Positions 59,950-64,000 of a DNA stretch of 64,000 bases are shown here, piece by piece; position 1 is the first letter of the stretch; every line of letters starts with the position of its first letter. The position numbers and the translations under genes are program-made. This DNA comes from Octopus vulgaris (Eukaryota). The DNA is taken from positions 84,134,001-84,198,000 of the forward strand of contig OX597825.1 of NCBI GenBank assembly GCA_951406725.2, written 5' to 3'. The notes beneath the pieces were generated by a model that had not been told where the DNA came from, ran no database searches, and was given only the letters and a program-made list of their open reading frames with translations.

Positions 59950-60548
59950 AACGGGATGCACACACGTCATATTGCTGCAGGGCCTCCTTCTTCCTTCATT
60001 ATGACATTTCCAGATGTTATTGTGTAAAAACGCCAACGAAGATTTATAGAAGTCGTTATGTCTTCGATTCCATCTCCGTTCCTTTCCAGAAGGAAACTGT
60101 CATGACCTCATAAATATATTTGGAATTTAACATGGGGACATTATTTACAGGTACACAGCATTCCCAAATTTAGTATCATATATGTTATATGGTACTAATT
60201 AATAAGGAAGGGTACTACTTGTACTTTTCATTATTAATTAATAATTTTGCATTTATGGTTCTTTTACACATGATATCCACTGATACTATTGTAAATTATT
60301 AACAAAATATCCATGTACGTTTTATAATTGTTATATCGTATTACACATGTTATATATGTTGATATACCAAACAGGTAGAAGAAATTATATATATATCAAA
60401 CATTTATAAACGGGTATATATCTTTATATATGAAACATGTGTAGGTAGGTATACGACATTATATATACCAAACACTTATACCCGGATATATATATATATA
60501 TATATATATACCAAACATGTGTGAGTAGTTATATAACATGAAATATAT

Positions 60549-60770
60549 ATATCAGGTTTTGAACCATGAAGAATTTCTACCAGATTTTTGCAGAGTTTTT
60601 TAAAATTTTTTTTATTTAAAACCGAAATGCATAAATAAATTAACATTGATGTTTCTTTCACCATTGTTATAATATTTTGAAATGGAACTGTCAAAGAGCG
60701 ATTTTCGAGCAATTTTGCTATTCAACTTCATAAAATGACGTAAAGTAGCTGGAACAAGTAAAACAATGTC
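60549..60770 (+). mobile_element. Mariner 5' fragment
   Basis: ATG at 60682: MELSKSDFRAILLFNFIK*RKVAGTSKT (cf. mariner N-terminus IRAIFLFEFKxGRKAAET); preceded by TA-tcaggtt TIR-like start. Confidence 0.7.
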
Positions 60771-60959
60771 ATGGTTGTTCTATAATTCTTACATAGGAGT
60801 TTCTTGAATCATGGAATATATTTCAAAACCGGGTCTACTGTAGAAATGCCAGCGTAAGGTATGTGTCTTGTGAGCTTGGTTATTTTATTGGGGTTATGCT
60901 AAAGGAAATGGATTTTGTGCTGTGAAAGTAATGTTTGAGTTATACTATTAAATCGAAAG

Positions 60960-61800
60960 AAACTTTCATAAGACACAGGTTACGAAGTAAGCCTAAGTGT
61001 AGTTTGAATGTGTTTGTTCATATATTTTATTTATAGTTAATACCTCAATTATTACTGGTACTATATTTATGTTTATGCAGAAGATCATGTTTTAATTTCA
61101 AAATCGTAATTTGACAGCTTTTTCTTCTCTTTTCACGAAATATTTTGGTCGGAAGGGATTGAAATATCAACCAGTTTGAATATATTCAAGTCTTATCGGT
61201 TAGTCTTCATTTCCTTCTCAGTTTTGACAGGCATATCCCAGTTGGATTGTGACCAGCTCGTTATTATTCACCATGTTTGATACATGCTTATATCACTTTT
61301 TATCCGTTTCCAAGGCGGACAGTCTATATAAAGTTCTACAGACATAATTGCCAACTCGATCATTACGTACAAATATACTCAAACTTGGCAAAGCCAAGGC
61401 AGTCAGAAATGCTGTAGTCAACTTCTTCATCGCATCTCTTTTATCATCTGAACGTGTTGTTAGTATCATATTTCACTATTTTGTATTTTTAGTTGCTTGT
61501 AACTAGGGAACAGTGTTCTGGAGTTAGAATCCGATCTACTCACTCGTTTTCAGCTCATAGCATTTGCACCACAATTCATCAATACCTTTTTTTCATTCTC
61601 GTGTCAGTGTGATATTCACTATGATTGGGTTTCCCCCTCTATTGCATTACTAGCAACATGTTTGAATATTTCTTGGCATTGAAGATGTTTTCTAGTAGAA
61701 TCTTTGTTAATATGTCTAGAATTTTTCAGTGTTTGTTAGAGATACTTTATTCTTTTGGATAAAGTGTTTGCGTTTTTCCAAGCGACTCGATTCCACACGG
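60960..61800 (-). mobile_element. Very decayed Dong/R4-type non-LTR retrotransposon, C-terminal REL endonuclease region
   Basis: Minus-strand peptides across frameshifts, in the expected order: SLVTSN, ISDCLGFAKFEY, RNDRVG, WDMPVKTEKEMKTNR*D, LVDISIPSDQNIS*KEKKKLSNY, IVPVII. Confidence 0.75.
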
Positions 61801-62802
61801 TTTTGCTGATATAATTTGTTTAAATTTCTCTTTTGCTTCCAGTCTGTTTTTTTATTGACATTATTTAACTTTTTCTTATTTAGCTCCACTTCCTTCCTTT
61901 CATTTCCATTTTATTAACTAAGAACAAGGATTCCTTATCCCCACCAGTTTATTAATTTACTTATTTTTCGGTTGCTATTCTGAAGGGTTGGGGGAATCAG
62001 GTTTGTCTTTGGATGGAATTCTCTCTGAATCAAGTTCCGCTTCCCCTCAACACTGCCACAGTCACTAAACAGATCTGATCATTCGGTTTATCGATATTCG
62101 ATCAGTTCTTTTTACTGTGAACGAAATTTCTTTCAAGCCTCGATTCCAGTTATTCATTCTTACGCAGAGTTGAACATTTACTTGCCATTGTTGTTGCTGT
62201 TGTTCTTGTTGCAGCTGTTGTTTGTCGTTGATCATGTTGTTGTTTACATAATGCTCTTTTGCTTTATTACTTTCTCTCTCGGAGCTACCATATGTTTCTA
62301 ACCCTGGAAACACCTTTCCATTGCCACGTTTCCATCGTTTATTCTGTGACAAACGATACGTTGTCTTGAATGCATATCAGATGACATTTTAACACATATC
62401 CAAAACATCTCTTTATCTCAAAACTTTACACTTCCTGCTTAAACTAACCACAAACGTCACCTATCTACATCTTTACACTCCCTGTTATAAGAACAGCAAA
62501 AACTATCTTTCTATCTTTATATCTATACTGGTATCTATATAGATGTCAACTTGGATGCGCCAATTTCTTTAGTTTCTTTATTGACGAAGGAAGTATCACC
62601 TGCAGAATGTCTGTTTCTCCTTGACTAGATATCGGCTGACATTTTAACACATCTCCAAACATACAGTCTTTCTTTTCACTCTTCACACGAACAGTTTCTT
62701 TTCATGTCTTCCTTCTACATCGCTTTCCGCGAACAAAAATTGAGAATTACTAATTCGCTTTCATGACTTGGAATTTTAAACAAAGTTAATATCTAATATC
62801 TT

Positions 62803-62902
62803 GTATGTATGTATGTATGTATGTATGTATGTATGTATGTATGTATGTATGTATGTATGTATGTATGTATGTATGTATGTATGTATGTATGTATGTATGT
62901 AT
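62803..62902. repeat. (TATG)n microsatellite
   Basis: Direct reading. Confidence 0.97.
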
Positions 62903-63140
62903 GTGTGTATATGTATGTATGAATGTATGCTGTACGTATGTATGTATGTGTGTGCGTATGCATGTGTATATATGTATGCATGCATTATGCTTGTATGTAT
63001 TATGTCTGCATGTACGCATGTATGTATGTATGTATGTATGTTCGTACGTACTTATGTAAGAATGTATGTATGTATTATGCGTGTATGGATGTATTATGTA
63101 TATATATATATATATATATATATACATACATACATATATC

Positions 63141-63308
63141 GTGGCACTCCGTCGGTTACGACGACGAGGGTTTCAGTTTTGATCCGATCAATGGAACAGC
63201 CTGCTCGTGAAATTAACGTACACGTGGCTGAGAACTCTACAGACACGTGTACCCTTAACATAGTTCTCGTGGATATTCAGCGTGACACAGAGTGTGACAA
63301 AGTTGGTA
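63141..63308 (-). mobile_element. SINE family D 3' fragment
   Basis: Close match to 58394-58548. Confidence 0.85.
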
Positions 63309-63319
63309 TCTTGTCTATA

Positions 63320-63847
63320 GATGAAAAAATCTTAAAAAAACAACAAATTATCAAAAGCAAAAACAGCCGAAAACACTAAAACTCATTCTCACTGGAGCAA
63401 AAACGCGCAAAGAAACTCTCAATCGAACGTCACAAAATGCGGGAGAACAAACTGCGGTAGTTGCCTTTACCGTAACGAGGGACGAGACTTTAAATTCAAA
63501 GGAGGCCAAACCTTAAAGTCAAGTCCAATCTCACCTGCAACACAGAAATCTTGATCTACGTTTTTCACATGCAATGATTGCCAACATAATTACATAGGTT
63601 AGATGGGTGGATGACAACATAATTACATAGGTCGGAATGACGACCCATCGCCAACAGATCCGAGACAACAGCACAAGGAAAATTCCTTTAAGCAGCCACA
63701 TTGCAGCCTGTGCAGAAATGGTCTTACCTAATTTCAAAATATTCCTCTTCACAAGTGTGCAAATTCCTTCAATCAGCAACACACACTGAATAAAGGAAGA
63801 GAATTTAACAAGTATAAACCTCAATTAAACATACACCCAACTATAAC
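63320..63847 (+). pseudogene. Penelope-like element ORF C-terminus (Cys linker plus GIY-YIG endonuclease), decayed
   Basis: Across frameshifts: IIKSK-KQPKTLKLILTGAK, VTKCGRTNCGSC, LTCNTEILIYV, TCNDCQHNYIG, RMTTHRQQIRD...LSSHIAAC, KYKPQLN. Confidence 0.85.
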
Positions 63848-64000
63848 TAATATATAAGAACAGACACTTAGAAACAATTTTAAGCAATTTCACACATTTT
63901 ATTATCATTAAAAAAATATTCCCATCATCTCCTACATCTTTTTTCAATACACATATATGTCACCATAGACGCACAAAAACACGCACAAACACAAACCCCC

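Noticed and set aside
60360-60520. CRISPR-like recurrence of tataccaaaca
   Set aside because: Short, degenerate and irregularly spaced in eukaryotic TA-rich DNA with no cas genes; a decayed minisatellite.

Overview
AT-rich, microsatellite-saturated eukaryotic DNA with no recognisable host gene. The repeat families and composition look like an octopus (coleoid cephalopod) intron or intergenic region; this is an inference from recalled SINE motifs, not a database match. Almost all supplied ORFs are translations of simple repeats. The real content is mobile DNA: one near-complete decayed Tc1, five mariner relics, a CR1/L2-type LINE 3' end whose tail is shared with a SINE family, a decayed Dong/R4-type REL retrotransposon, a Penelope GIY-YIG ORF relic, four tRNA-SINE families, an unclassified ancient repeat, and several foldback palindromes. 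The most interesting signal is a set of non-coding, Penelope-style elements carrying minimal hammerhead ribozymes. One is a very young 545-nt unit with an intact hammerhead core, a 136-bp perfect direct repeat and a perfect 237-bp inversion (14206-15134). Another is a tRNA-headed, microsatellite-bodied, hammerhead-tailed element with an inverted arm and a 10-bp target-site duplication (49872-50596). All alignments and folds were done by eye.
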